NCBI GenBank assembly: GCA_000004695.1
Contig: CM000152.2
Location: 640,001 to 704,000, forward strand
Direction of reading: 5' to 3'
Origin: Dictyostelium discoideum
Lineage: Eukaryota
DNA: 64,000 nucleotides
In this document: one piece after another, positions 53,210-64,000 of the stretch
Position numbering within the stretch: the first letter of the stretch is position 1
Layout: each line of letters begins with the position of its first letter
The notes under the pieces: generated by a model
The model's database searches: none
What the model was told of the DNA's origin: nothing
Seen by the model: the letters and a program-made list of their open reading frames with translations, nothing else
Program-made: the position numbers and the translations under genes

Positions 53210-54161
53210 TATTATTATTATCTTCATCTTCAATTCCATCTGAACCATTATAATATTTTTTAAAATAATGATTTAAAACTGATTTTGGAGCACAATTCTT
53301 TATTAAAAAATTGAAATTAATTTTAAATTCTGGTTGACTTTTAAAATAATCTAATATATCACAATTCCAATATTTTAATTCAGGTAATAAATGAAATCTA
53401 TTCGTATCTTTTTCTAATAAATTATAAACCAATTTAATAGAATCTAAATCATTTAAATAACATAATCTTGAAGTTGTTTTTAAAATCTTTATTTGATGAG
53501 AAAAAGGTTTTCCAGTTTTATCTCTCATCAAATGAATATTTTTAATGAGTGAACTAATGTATTGTTTTCTTTTTTCTTTATCAACTTGAAACTGAAATAA
53601 AACATCAATAGGTGTAATATGACTTAAACAATCTGAATTGTAAAATCCATATTTGAATTGAAGATTCGTTAGGTTTTCTGCAGATATTGATGGAAAGTGT
53701 TTTTTCAATAAATTTGGATTTGGAAATGATTTATTGTAACAAATCAAGTATTGCAAACTATCTTCGAACCAACTAATACTCGTTTCACTTGAATCATCTA
53801 ATGCACGTAAACTTATGAATGGTAAAACCATTTTTAATAATTTTTCAATGATTAAATTTGATTTTTGAAGTTGATATACTGGTAGATTATTCATTGATTC
53901 ACCAAATTCCACAATTAATAAATCTTTCATATTTTTTAACTCTGATTCTGATAATAAAAGATCACTGATATTATTAATTTTTAATGAATTTAAAAATAGT
54001 GAAAATGCTTTACTATGTGCTAATAAATCAAGTTGTAATGATTTCATATAATTTTCTAGATTTACTTTAATATTATTTAGACAAATACAACAATTTAAAA
54101 GTTCCATTAATGTTGTAGTTTCATAAAATGAAAATTTAAATGTAATATTACTAATTTGATA

Positions 54162-54260
<99 letters not shown>

Positions 54261-55001
54261 TGATGATTTTAAAAATGGTAAAATATCTTGTTGAAAAAAT
54301 TCTAATTTTTTAATTAAATTTTTTGTTTCATCATTTTTGACAATTGAATTTATTATTTCTTTTTCAGAAAATTTAAAAAGGTGATTAAAATTTTTGAATA
54401 AGAAATTTGCAATTTTAAAAGAACTTGAATTTATTGAAATGAATAATAAATCTTTATGAACCCAAAAACTATGACCAACTTTTTCTTGTTCTTGTTTACC
54501 AATTATTGATAAAACGTTAAAACCTGATAAACAATCATACTTTACTAAGACTGATAATGTATTTTGAAAAGAATTTAAAAATATATCACTATAATTTTTA
54601 AATAGAGCATAATAAAAAGTTTCTTGATCTTGAATGTCATCCTTTTCAAAGCAATTGAAAATTGTTTTTTTAAATTGTGCTCCACTGCAACTAATACTAG
54701 CGTTATTACCACTTTTTATATGTAAATTAATATTATCTTTATCAATAACACCATAATTGAATGTAAGGTATTCTTTTCTATTGACTTTATCTTTTAGTAA
54801 GCCAAGATGATTATTCAATATCATCCATTCACTTGAATAAATCTCTTCATATTTGTATGTATAAAATGGTATTTCATAATTTTGAAAGCTTTTAGGTAAT
54901 AAAGATATAATTTCTTTCCTTAATATATTATTTTTCCAAATTTTCCAAAATAAAAATTCCATATCTCTATCTAGTTTTATCTTTTTATTCATTTTGTCCA
55001 T
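52443..55001 (-). CDS. hypothetical poly-N-rich protein with C-terminal ankyrin-like repeats
   Basis: This is a single 852-aa ORF. Two (AAT)n tracts encode N31 and N33 runs. The C-terminus (RAIEMGNLHLIKYCYKNHP...SIVERALENGHLSLSIFLY) resembles ankyrin repeats. I recognise no other domain. Confidence 0.5.
53115..53220. repeat. (ATT)n (coding poly-N on minus strand)
   Basis: This is a direct read. The antisense poly-Y ORF 53081..53263 + is an artefact. Confidence 0.9.
54163..54259. repeat. (ATT)n (coding poly-N on minus strand)
   Basis: This is a direct read. Confidence 0.9.
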
Positions 55002-55731
55002 TTTTTTTTTTTTTTTTTTTTTTATAAATTTGTAAAATAAAAATGAAAATAAAAAAAAAAAATGTGTGGGTTTTTTTATTTTTTTTTTTTTTTATTTTCA
55101 TTTTTATTTTTTTATTTTTTTATTTTTTTTTTAACTTTTGGTACTTTTTTTGAATTTTTTTTATTGGTTTTTGGTCACAATAATTAAATAATTGGAGTAG
55201 CCCATTGGGAAAAGGTTAAAAAACCCACTGGTTGAAAAATAGAACCTTTTGCTAAAAAATGGGATACATTGCACTGAAAAAGATAATTGTCCTCTTGAAC
55301 CCTGATAAAACCGATTTTAAATGCGGAACCTGTAATAAATAATACTTAATCAAACCATAGATTTGATCAATTATTGATATATGTGAAATTATTATAATTA
55401 TTATTTTTTTATTGTGCAATATGATGTGAAAAAAAAAAATTAGTGTGGTGTGACTTTGAAAAAAAAAATTAATATGGGAAAATTTAATTTAATTTTTTAA
55501 TATATTTTAAAACTTTTTTTTTTTTTTTGTGAATATCTATTTTGAATGATATTATCAAAACATAAAAAAAATAAAAATAAAACTATTTTAACAAAAAAAA
55601 AATTTTTTTTAATCACCATATTTTCCAAAAAAAAATCAATCCCAAAACATAAAAAAAAAAAAAAAAAAAAACATATAACCTTTTTTATTTCTTTCAATTT
55701 TTTTTTTTTATTAATTTTTTTTTCCATGATT

Positions 55732-55772
<41 letters not shown>

Positions 55773-55787
55773 AATTTTTATATAATT

Positions 55788-58250
55788 TTAAGAAGATAAG
55801 GTTGTAGTTGGAGTTGGAGTTGAAGATAATTGAGTATCATTTAAATCAGCAATATCAGAACCAGTATTTGAGGTTATATCTTGATCTAAATTTGAATCAT
55901 TATCAGTTACGGTGATATTTGTTAGAGAAGAATTATCATTATGCTGTAGTGAGGCAGGAACAGTCATAACCAATTTTCTATCTTCTTCATTTTCACTATC
56001 GACATCGGCATCAGCACCAGAGTCAGAGTCATCATCAGAGTCATCATCGAATAGCTCTTGATTATCGGTATTGAATTTTGAAGAGTCAAAAGTGGTAGAG
56101 GTAGTTCTAATATTTTCAATTGAGGGTGAACGACGTAATGTTGTAGTTGAAGACATATGGGATTTAGTTGATAAACGATTGGCAACCAAAGACATTAGAG
56201 TACGAGGAGGAGTGATTGCAACGGAATGTTTAAAATCTTCAGGTGGCCAGCTTTCTTCAGGAGGACGTAATAGTTTATGTTTTCCACCATTCAAAGAGGC
56301 ACTTGCACCACTAAATGGTAAAGAGATTGGATAATATCTTTGAATTGAATTTAAATTGATTGGGGAGAGATAATCCAAACCCGATTTCATACTAACATTG
56401 GTTGTGGCTGTTGGATCCCATGGTAAAATCTTTACAACTGGTGGATTGACTTTATTGATTGATTTATTTTGTTTATTCAAATATTTATCACAAGCAGCGA
56501 GTAAAACATGATCATCACCTCTTAGCTCTGCATCTCTTTTGATTGCGATGACAGAGTCTCTATCATTTAAGAGTATTGATATTTGTAAGAGATAGATATG
56601 TTCGGATAGTTTTTGGAAACAATCCTTTGCTAGTAAATAATGACCAGCATTCATGCATTCTCTACCGAAATCACGCATATTCTCTTTCAATTTATTGAAT
56701 TGTCTCTTTTCAGTATCGTTTGGATTCTTTATGATTGAGATTCTATTGAATTCAATCGAGAGATGACGATTAGCAGCTTCATATTGTTTTGAAATCCAAG
56801 CCATTCTAAATTTCTCTAGTGAACTTTGTTTACTTTGTGATATTTTCATATCATTGGATAAGGAATAAGCCAAATCTGTGAAAGAACGTTCCCTTAATTT
56901 ATCTAAAACATGTTTACTAATTCTAGTGTAATCTAATTTTTGTACGATATTTTGTAAACAACTACTTAAATATTTCTTTTCATATTGAATAAAAGGTGGT
57001 AAAGAGAGTAAACCAATGATTAAACATTCTAAAATACCAATGGCTTGACAACGAACGGTGGTTTCATTCTTTCCAGGTACTTGTAAACCTTGGTAACCGA
57101 AAATCATACGATCAGGTAAGATAGTTGATAAGATAATTGGTGAAATTGATAGAGTTGAGATTGGCTTTGGTGCTTGATTATTTTGTAAGGTCATATACAT
57201 TAAATGGGTTGATGTTGTATAGAGTAATGTCCATTCTAACCAAAAGATACTTTGAAAATAGGAAGAAGTTGATTGATGATGATTTGGTGGTGAATGAATT
57301 TGATTTATAATTCTAAGACGTGAATTTGTTATGATAATTCTTTGATTGGTGAGGATAGCACAAATGTGTTGAGATGATTTTGGATCTGATTGCCACTCGA
57401 TTTGGAATACCTTTTCATTTGGTTGCAATTGTAAGATACCATTGTCGCCATCGATATCGACCATATAGTTGTCTTTGCATGATGGATCACTTTGGTTGAC
57501 ATTCTTTGAGAATACCAAACACGATTTCTCTTGACAAAAGTATAAAACAACCTTGTTACCACCCAAAGGTGTCGAATGAACTGATGTAATTCTTGGTACC
57601 AATGTGAAATTCTTGAATGAGCTAACGCCTTGTTTCGATAAGGTTGCAACTTTTGCCAATTTACCATCTAAACCTAAAATTAGAATTTGTTGATTATTAC
57701 CAATGAAAACACAATCTGAACCATCACCTTGTTGATTAACCAATCCTTGTAAATCCATAATGAGATATTTACTAAGTTGAGCTTGAGCTGCCACTGAAAA
57801 ACTATCATAAATTAACGCAAATAATTGAAATTCATTATTGAATAAGAATTTCTTACCTTTTGATATATCTTCACCACCACCACTACCCATTCCACTAGCA
57901 CTATTTACCATTATTGGTGTATCGATCAATTTCTTTGTAATACCATTCAATGGTAAATAACTCTTTACATAGGTACCATCAAAGAATGTAATCTCTGATG
58001 GATAATTAAATGTATTCTCTGGTTCAAAAAAGAAACCCATTGGTAATGGTAATTTACTAACCAATGGGAATGAATGATTCAAATGATCATATGAATTAAT
58101 TGAATATATATTTTGATTTATATGTCTAATCGATGAAAATGGTTGACTATTTATATTTGATGGATATGGTGATATTGTTGAAGATATATTTGATGATGCT
58201 TCTAACTTTAAAAAATTAATTAAAAAAAAAAAGTAATTAATAATTAATAT

Positions 58251-58306
<56 letters not shown>

Positions 58307-60246
58307 ACAACTTACTTGTAATGAAAAATAATTTTTAGTTGGATGAATAACTATAGAGACAGGGTTAAACTTTGGTATTGTTAATGGTTTTGAATATTTT
58401 GAAAGATAAGATAAAGAATCATTAATCTCTGGTATAAATGTTGGGATCAATGGTGATTGTACAATGGTCTTGTATTGATTATTAATTTCCCATGATGATA
58501 ATTCTTCATAGCCTGATGGTCCAATTGATAATACAAAAAACAATGGTAATTGTGGATGATGAACAATTGATAATATATTTTGACCTTTACAAATAAATCC
58601 ACTAATAAAAAAAAAAAAAAAAAAAAAATTTTTATGTTACTATGAGTATACATTTGTTGTTTTCTCTATCTATCTATCCATCTATCTGTCTTTCTTTCAT
58701 TTATATAAAGCCTATAATTCTTAATTATGTATATACATACTTTGCAATTACTTCTTGTGGATTTTGAGAAGTTAAATCACCATAAACTAAAGTTAAACCT
58801 GAAGAACCTGTCATTACTAAATATTTACCAGTTGGTTCAAATACTAAAAAGTAATGATTTGAATGTTCAATATTTCTAGTATTCTCATAGGATGAAAACT
58901 CTTCAAAATTTAAAAATGACATATTATTTCTTGTATCCCAAATCTTTAATTGACCATCAGTACTACATGATGCTAAAATGGTTTTTGCTGGATGATGTGC
59001 AATTGCTGAAATTGGTTTTTTATGTCCTTTTAATTTAAATGGTGATGATCCTTTATTATGAAAATCAACAACTAAAAATAATAATAAAGGTATGATTAAT
59101 ATTGTTTTTTTTTTTTTTGTTTTTTTTTTATAAATTTTTATTATGATGATTTTAACTTACCAACAATATCTTTAGATTCATTTTTTGAAAAAAAGATAAC
59201 AGGTTTATTTGGTGCAGCAGATTTACATGTAATTGGTCTTTTATCATCCAATTTTAATTGATGTACAATGGTTTGAAGTTTATGGGTTTCTGGATCCCAC
59301 AAATAAATAACACCCTCTTGTGTAAAAGCTAATAAAAAGGTTGGTGTTTGTATACTATTACCTGGTAATGTTATTAAATGTCTAATGGTTTCTGTTGGGT
59401 CAATAAATAATTTACCAATTACACTTTTTGTTATAATATCATAAACTATTTTTTTTTTTAAAAAAAAAAATAAATAAATAAAAAAATGAAAAAAAAATGG
59501 TTAGAAAATTATTATTACTATAGTGTTTATTAATTGTACATACAATGAACTTCATTTCTAATAGCAGCATATAATATTGGTGATTTTGGATGAAAACATA
59601 AACAATTGAATAGAATTTGATTTACCATATAACTTTGATTTGGTAATGTTGAAGAGAATGGATTTGAAATGATTGGTGATAATAAGGATAAAGAAGAGGG
59701 TGAGCCAATAGTTGAAGATAATGAATTATATTGTAATGATACACCAGTTGAATTAATGGAAACAGTTGAGCCAATTGAATCGGTTGATTTAATCGTTGGT
59801 ATATTTTGATTAATTAATAGCATATTACTACCATTCATACCATTCATACCCAATTGACCGCCACCGCCACCACCACCTATATTACTATTGCTACCGCTAC
59901 CACCACCACCACTACCTGAACCTATATTAACACCGCCACCACTGCCTCCACCACCGCCTATATTATTATTATTACCACCACCACCACCACCTATACCTAT
60001 ATTACTACCTGCATTATTACCACCACCACTACCACCACCTATATTACCATCGTTTGAATTTGGTGATGTTTGACTCTGATTTAAACTATCATATTGATAT
60101 TGTAATTGTTGTTGTACATATTGTTGTTGTTGTTGCTGTTGTTGTAATTGATTTCCTACTACAACTGTAGATGTTGATGGTGAATGATACGAATTAGAGA
60201 TTGAATTACTAATTGTAATTGATGAACAAATGCCAATCTTTAACAT
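55788..60246 (-). CDS. WD40-repeat protein with Gly/Gln-rich N-terminus and large C-terminal helical region, function unassigned; 5 exons approx join(55788..58205,58316..58592,58741..59071,59161..59445,59544..60246)
   Basis: Exon 1 is MLKIGICSS...QQQQQQQQ...GGGSGGG...FHPKSPILYAAIRNEVH. Exon 2 is FYDIITKSVIGKLFIDP...VIYLWDPETHKLQ. Exon 3 is VDFHNKGSSPFKLKGHKKPISAIAHHPAKTILASCSTDGQLKIWDTRNN.... Exon 4 is NGFICKGQNILSIVHHPQLPLFFVLSIGPSGYEELSSWEINNQ. Exon 5 is the 764-aa ORF. The junctions are GTATGT (phase 1), GTAAGT (phase 1), GTATGT (phase 2) and GTAAGT (phase 0). Confidence 0.7.
58250..58305. repeat. (ATTT)~14 microsatellite within an intron of the WD40 gene
   Basis: This is a direct read. 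Confidence 0.9.
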
Positions 60247-60283
60247 TTTATTGTGGTGTATATTTTATTATTATTTTATTTAA

Positions 60284-60287
<4 letters not shown>

Positions 60288-60354
<67 letters not shown>
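60288..60354. repeat. (ATT)~22 microsatellite immediately upstream of the WD40 gene start
   Basis: This is a direct read. It is followed by (GATTTG)3. Confidence 0.9.
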
Positions 60355-60355
<1 letters not shown>

Positions 60356-60977
60356 TTATTATTATTATGGTTTGATTTGATTTGATTTGATTTTCTATAA
60401 ATATTAATTTTACAACAAAAACTATTTTTTTATTTTTTTATTTTTTTATTTTTTTTTTTTATTATTACAAGATATTAAACCTTAATCGGCTAATGGATAT
60501 ATGTTTATTATTATTATTTTTTATTTATTTTTTTTGTTGGGAGTGCGTTTATTATTATTTTTATTATTTGCTATTAAAACAATTTATTGTTATTTTTATT
60601 AATTTTCAGTTATCTTTTCCCCCAACACTTGTGATCACACTGTTAGTTTTTTTTTTTTTTATTTTTTGATATATAAAAAAAAAAAAAAATTAAAAATAAA
60701 AAAAAATAAAAATTTTGAAAAAAAAATCTTTTTTTTTTTTTTTTTTTATTTTTTTTTATTTTTTTTTTTTTTTGATTTTAATTTTCTTTTTTTTTTTTTT
60801 TTTTTGATTATTTTATGATAACTCTAAAATGGGTTTGAAAAATGTTAATAAAATAAATAAAAATAAAATATGTCATATTTTTTTCATTTGATTAATTGAA
60901 GAAAAAAAAAGTGAAAAAAAAAAATAAAAAAATAAATAAAAAAATAAATAAAATTATAAAAGATGTAGAAAAATTTT

Positions 60978-61025
<48 letters not shown>

Positions 61026-61368
61026 ATAGTTTAGTTTATTCAAACAGAAATTTCCATAATTATCTTTAAAAAAAATAAAAAAATAAATTTAGAAATTATT
61101 AAAAATTTAGGTCCAAATAAAGAATCCCATAAAAAGAAAAATGGTCACATAAATTAAAATAAATTAAAAAAATACAAATAAAAGAAATAATAAATTTTAA
61201 AAAAAACAATTGTTTTTAAATTATTTTGGCTTAAATTAAACTTTTTGAATAATATATTATGGAATTATATAAAGCTATATTTTTTTTATTTTAATTCTTT
61301 TTTTTTTTTTTTCAGAACTTTTTTTTGGTGAACTGGATTTTTTTTTTAAAGAAGTTTAATTGGTATTG

Positions 61369-61400
<32 letters not shown>

Positions 61401-61605
61401 CTTTTAATATTTATTTTGAAAAAATTACTAAAAACCACAATCAAATTGGATTAACAGTGATTGTTGCTGTTTTACTTTTTATTATTTTTTTATTTTTATT
61501 TTTATTTTTATTTATTTTTTTAATTTTATTTCATATTATTATTATTATATTTTTTTTTATAAATAAAAAAAGATCGATCGATGATTTATTTATTTATTTA
61601 TTTTT

Positions 61606-62308
61606 TTATTGACAAAGATATTTTTGCAATAAATCAACATTTTCTTTTGGTAAATATTGATTAAGATTAATATTACCATCACAAAACATTTGTCTGGAAT
61701 AATAACTTCCAACGATTACTAATGGTACCATTACTAAATATGTTAAGTTTCTTAATAAATGACTTGGTTTAAGCGTTTGAATTACGCTCTGAAAAGTGAG
61801 AGAGAAGATAAAAAAAAAAAAAAAAAAAATTAATATTTTTGATTTATTGAAACAACAATACATATAATAATACTTACATCACAAGTTATATTACAAAGAT
61901 TAACATCATCAACTTCAAAAGTACTCTTTTGTGGTTTCTTTAATTGTTTTCCTTGTTGTTGTAAAAGTTGTTGTTGTTGTTGATGTTGTTGAATTTGTAA
62001 TTGTCTTTTTAATAATAAACTATTATTTTCTTCTCTACAGAATAATGCTAATTCATAAACTGATTGTTTGGTTAAGGTTGGTTGATGTTGATGTTGATGT
62101 TGTTTATTACCATCCTTTTTCTCTGATGATTTCCATTGTAATAAAACATAGAGTAATAAATTATTGATTTGAGCGATAAATTCAACATATCTACTCTTCA
62201 AATAATGAAAACAATTATTATCTATATTTAAACATTCAATTACCTTATTTAAAAACTGCATATAAATATAAAAAATTATTAGTATTTATTATATTATTTT
62301 ACTATTAA

Positions 62309-62377
<69 letters not shown>

Positions 62378-63841
62378 TTACTCTTTCTCTTAAAGCTTCA
62401 TCTGGCATAGCACTATAATTTAATAATACATAAAAGTATGATGATGGTATTTTATTATTTGAAAATAATTTTTTCAAATCAAATAAGATATCAGAATATT
62501 TCATACCAATTGGTTGAACAGTTTGTAAAATCAATGCATTAAGAAATTCATCCAATGAATTTGCTAAAACAGTATCTTCAATTTCAATACCATTCTTTTG
62601 AACTCTCCTAATAAATAAAAAACATATATATAAAGAAATAAATAAATTAGCTAATTAATTAAATTGAAATATAACAATAAAAATTATTATTTAAAAACTT
62701 ACTTTAATTCTAATAATTGAATAGTAAACTTTTCAAATAATTCTAAATTTGAATGATTTGAAACTTTTGCTTTATATAAGATTGGGAAAACGATTTGTAA
62801 CCAAATTGAAGCAGTTATAGAATGTAAATTATTTTGAATTGGTTGTGAAAAGAACCAAAGATATAGAGAGACAACATTTGGTTTCAAAGTTTGTAAACTT
62901 AGTGATTTGAAATATTGTAAATTCATTAATAAAGAGTCTGGGAAATATCTAAAAATCAATTGAAGTAGTATCTCCAAACCTACACCACTACTTGAAATTG
63001 CATCTTTATCCTTTCTTAAAATTGATATAATATTATTAGCTAAAAATACAACTGTTGGTAATATATTTGACATTGGTCTACTTGAAAAGAATTTAGTCGT
63101 TTCTTTTCTAAATTTATCATCAAATTTTGATAAATAATCTATAATATTATATTATTATTATTATTATTATTATTAAATAAATTTTTTATTAATAATTGAC
63201 TATTTTTTTTTTAAAAAAAAAAAAAAAATTATAATTACCAATTCTTTGATAAAATGGAGATTGATCAGATGGAATTGAACCAAAATGTTCCTCTAAACAT
63301 TCTGCAACACATTTAATTTGAACATCAACTACCTTTGGAAATTTCTTTTCGATATTTTTTAATAAATCATAATATTTTTCAAAATTAAACTAATAATATA
63401 ATAATAAATATGTTAGTAAATGATGATTACCTATTATTATGATTATTATTATGATTATGATTATTAGATAATTACAGATTGAATTGCATTTGATAAAGAT
63501 TGTTTAGAATCTGATGGTGATTGTGGTTGTGGTTGTTGTTGAATTTGTTTCTTTTTCTTTTTTAATTTATCATTTGAATTTGATAATCTATCACTACCAG
63601 GATAATGGAAACCATTGTTTGGATTTTCAGAGGTTTGTTTTGCACCATTTCTTTTTTGATGTTCTTGAGTATGAGTGATATCATCTTCATCTTCGTCTAA
63701 TATATCCCATGGATTATATCCTGCTGGTCTATTTTTAATATTGAATGCTTTTGATGAGTCTGAAAATAATTCTGCAATTTTCTTTTGTTTTTCCTATAAT
63801 AAAAAATTAATGTTAAAAATAAATAAATAAATAAAATAAAT

Positions 63842-63872
<31 letters not shown>

Positions 63873-64000
63873 TGTATGATCATACATTATGTTCAATAAT
63901 TTCTTGTTGTCTTTTCTTCTCTTTTTCTAATTTTCTCTTTTCTCTTTTTTCATTCATTTCTTTATTTCTTTGTTCTTTTGTTGGTACTTCCTCCCATCCT
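61606..64000 (-). CDS. multi-exon gene for uncharacterized helical-repeat (ARM/HEAT-like) protein with basic/acidic N-terminal region; 3' part, 5' end lies beyond window end
   Basis: At least seven minus-strand exons join with GTAAGT/GTATGA/GTAATT donors and AT-rich ...AG acceptors. From 64000 downward they read GWEEVPTKEQRNKEMNEKREKRKLEKE... | EKQKKIAELFSDSSKAFNIKNRPAGYNPWDILDEDEDD... | FNFEKYYDLLKNIEKKFPKVVDVQIKCVAECLEEHF... | ...ILPTVVFLANNIISILRKD...LEILLQLIFRYFPDSL... | ...DEFLNALILQTVQPIGMKYSDILFDLKK...N22 | ...FIAQINNLLLYVLLQWKSSEKKDGNKQHQHQHQ... | SVIQTLKPSHLLRNLTYLVMVPLVIVGSYYSRQMFCDGNINLNQ...stop. I recognise no domain. Confidence 0.5.

Noticed and set aside
57329-57667. 112-aa minus-strand ORF within the WD40 gene last exon.
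   Set aside because: It is in a different frame from the 764-aa ORF on the same strand. Overlapping out-of-frame ORFs are implausible without evidence.
61124-61131. tcccataa octamer matching the Dictyostelium ncRNA upstream element consensus (A/T)CCCA(C/T)AA.
   Set aside because: About 60 nt downstream on either strand there is no compact GC-containing ncRNA-like sequence or class-I motif. A single 8-mer in 64 kb is consistent with chance.

Overview
This 64 kb window is eukaryotic nuclear DNA, not prokaryotic. It is about 75-80% A+T, with long poly(dA:dT) tracts, AAT/CAA codon repeats encoding poly-N/poly-Q, and short AT-rich introns of the form GTAAGT/GTATGT...AG. Together with psi/PA14-type cysteine-repeat genes and a polyketide synthase fragment, this indicates a dictyostelid social amoeba, most likely Dictyostelium discoideum. 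I found no rRNA, tRNA, CRISPR array or operon-type defence system, and none is expected here.

The window holds about 17 protein-coding genes, several of them multi-exon and reconstructed by hand from splice signals. In order they are:
- a metallophosphoesterase (partial, minus strand);
- an S28 Pro-X carboxypeptidase-like gene with three exons and a GPI-anchor-like tail;
- a five-exon low-complexity gene of unknown function;
- a degenerate polyketide synthase fragment (pseudogene) ending at a 64-bp perfect palindrome;
- two tandemly duplicated GH38 alpha-mannosidase genes with C-terminal membrane anchors;
- a piggyBac-transposase-like single-exon ORF with a degenerate catalytic triad;
- a myotubularin phosphatase with three exons;
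- a short-chain dehydrogenase (SDR);
- a secreted or membrane beta-helix protein with Chlamydia-Pmp-type GGA[IV]/FxxN repeats;
- a candidate 29-aa N-myristoylated micro-protein gene with one intron;
- a roughly 21-exon psi/PA14-family cysteine-repeat gene carrying an apparent frameshift in its PA14 exon;
- a RUS/DUF647-family gene whose third intron is a large poly(A)/(AGAAA)n/poly(T) block;
- a SHAQKYF-type Myb protein;
- a GTF3C3/TFC4-like TPR protein;
- an ankyrin-like poly-N protein;
- a five-exon WD40 protein;
- a partial helical-repeat gene at the right edge.

Splice coordinates are hand-derived and may be off by 1-2 nt.
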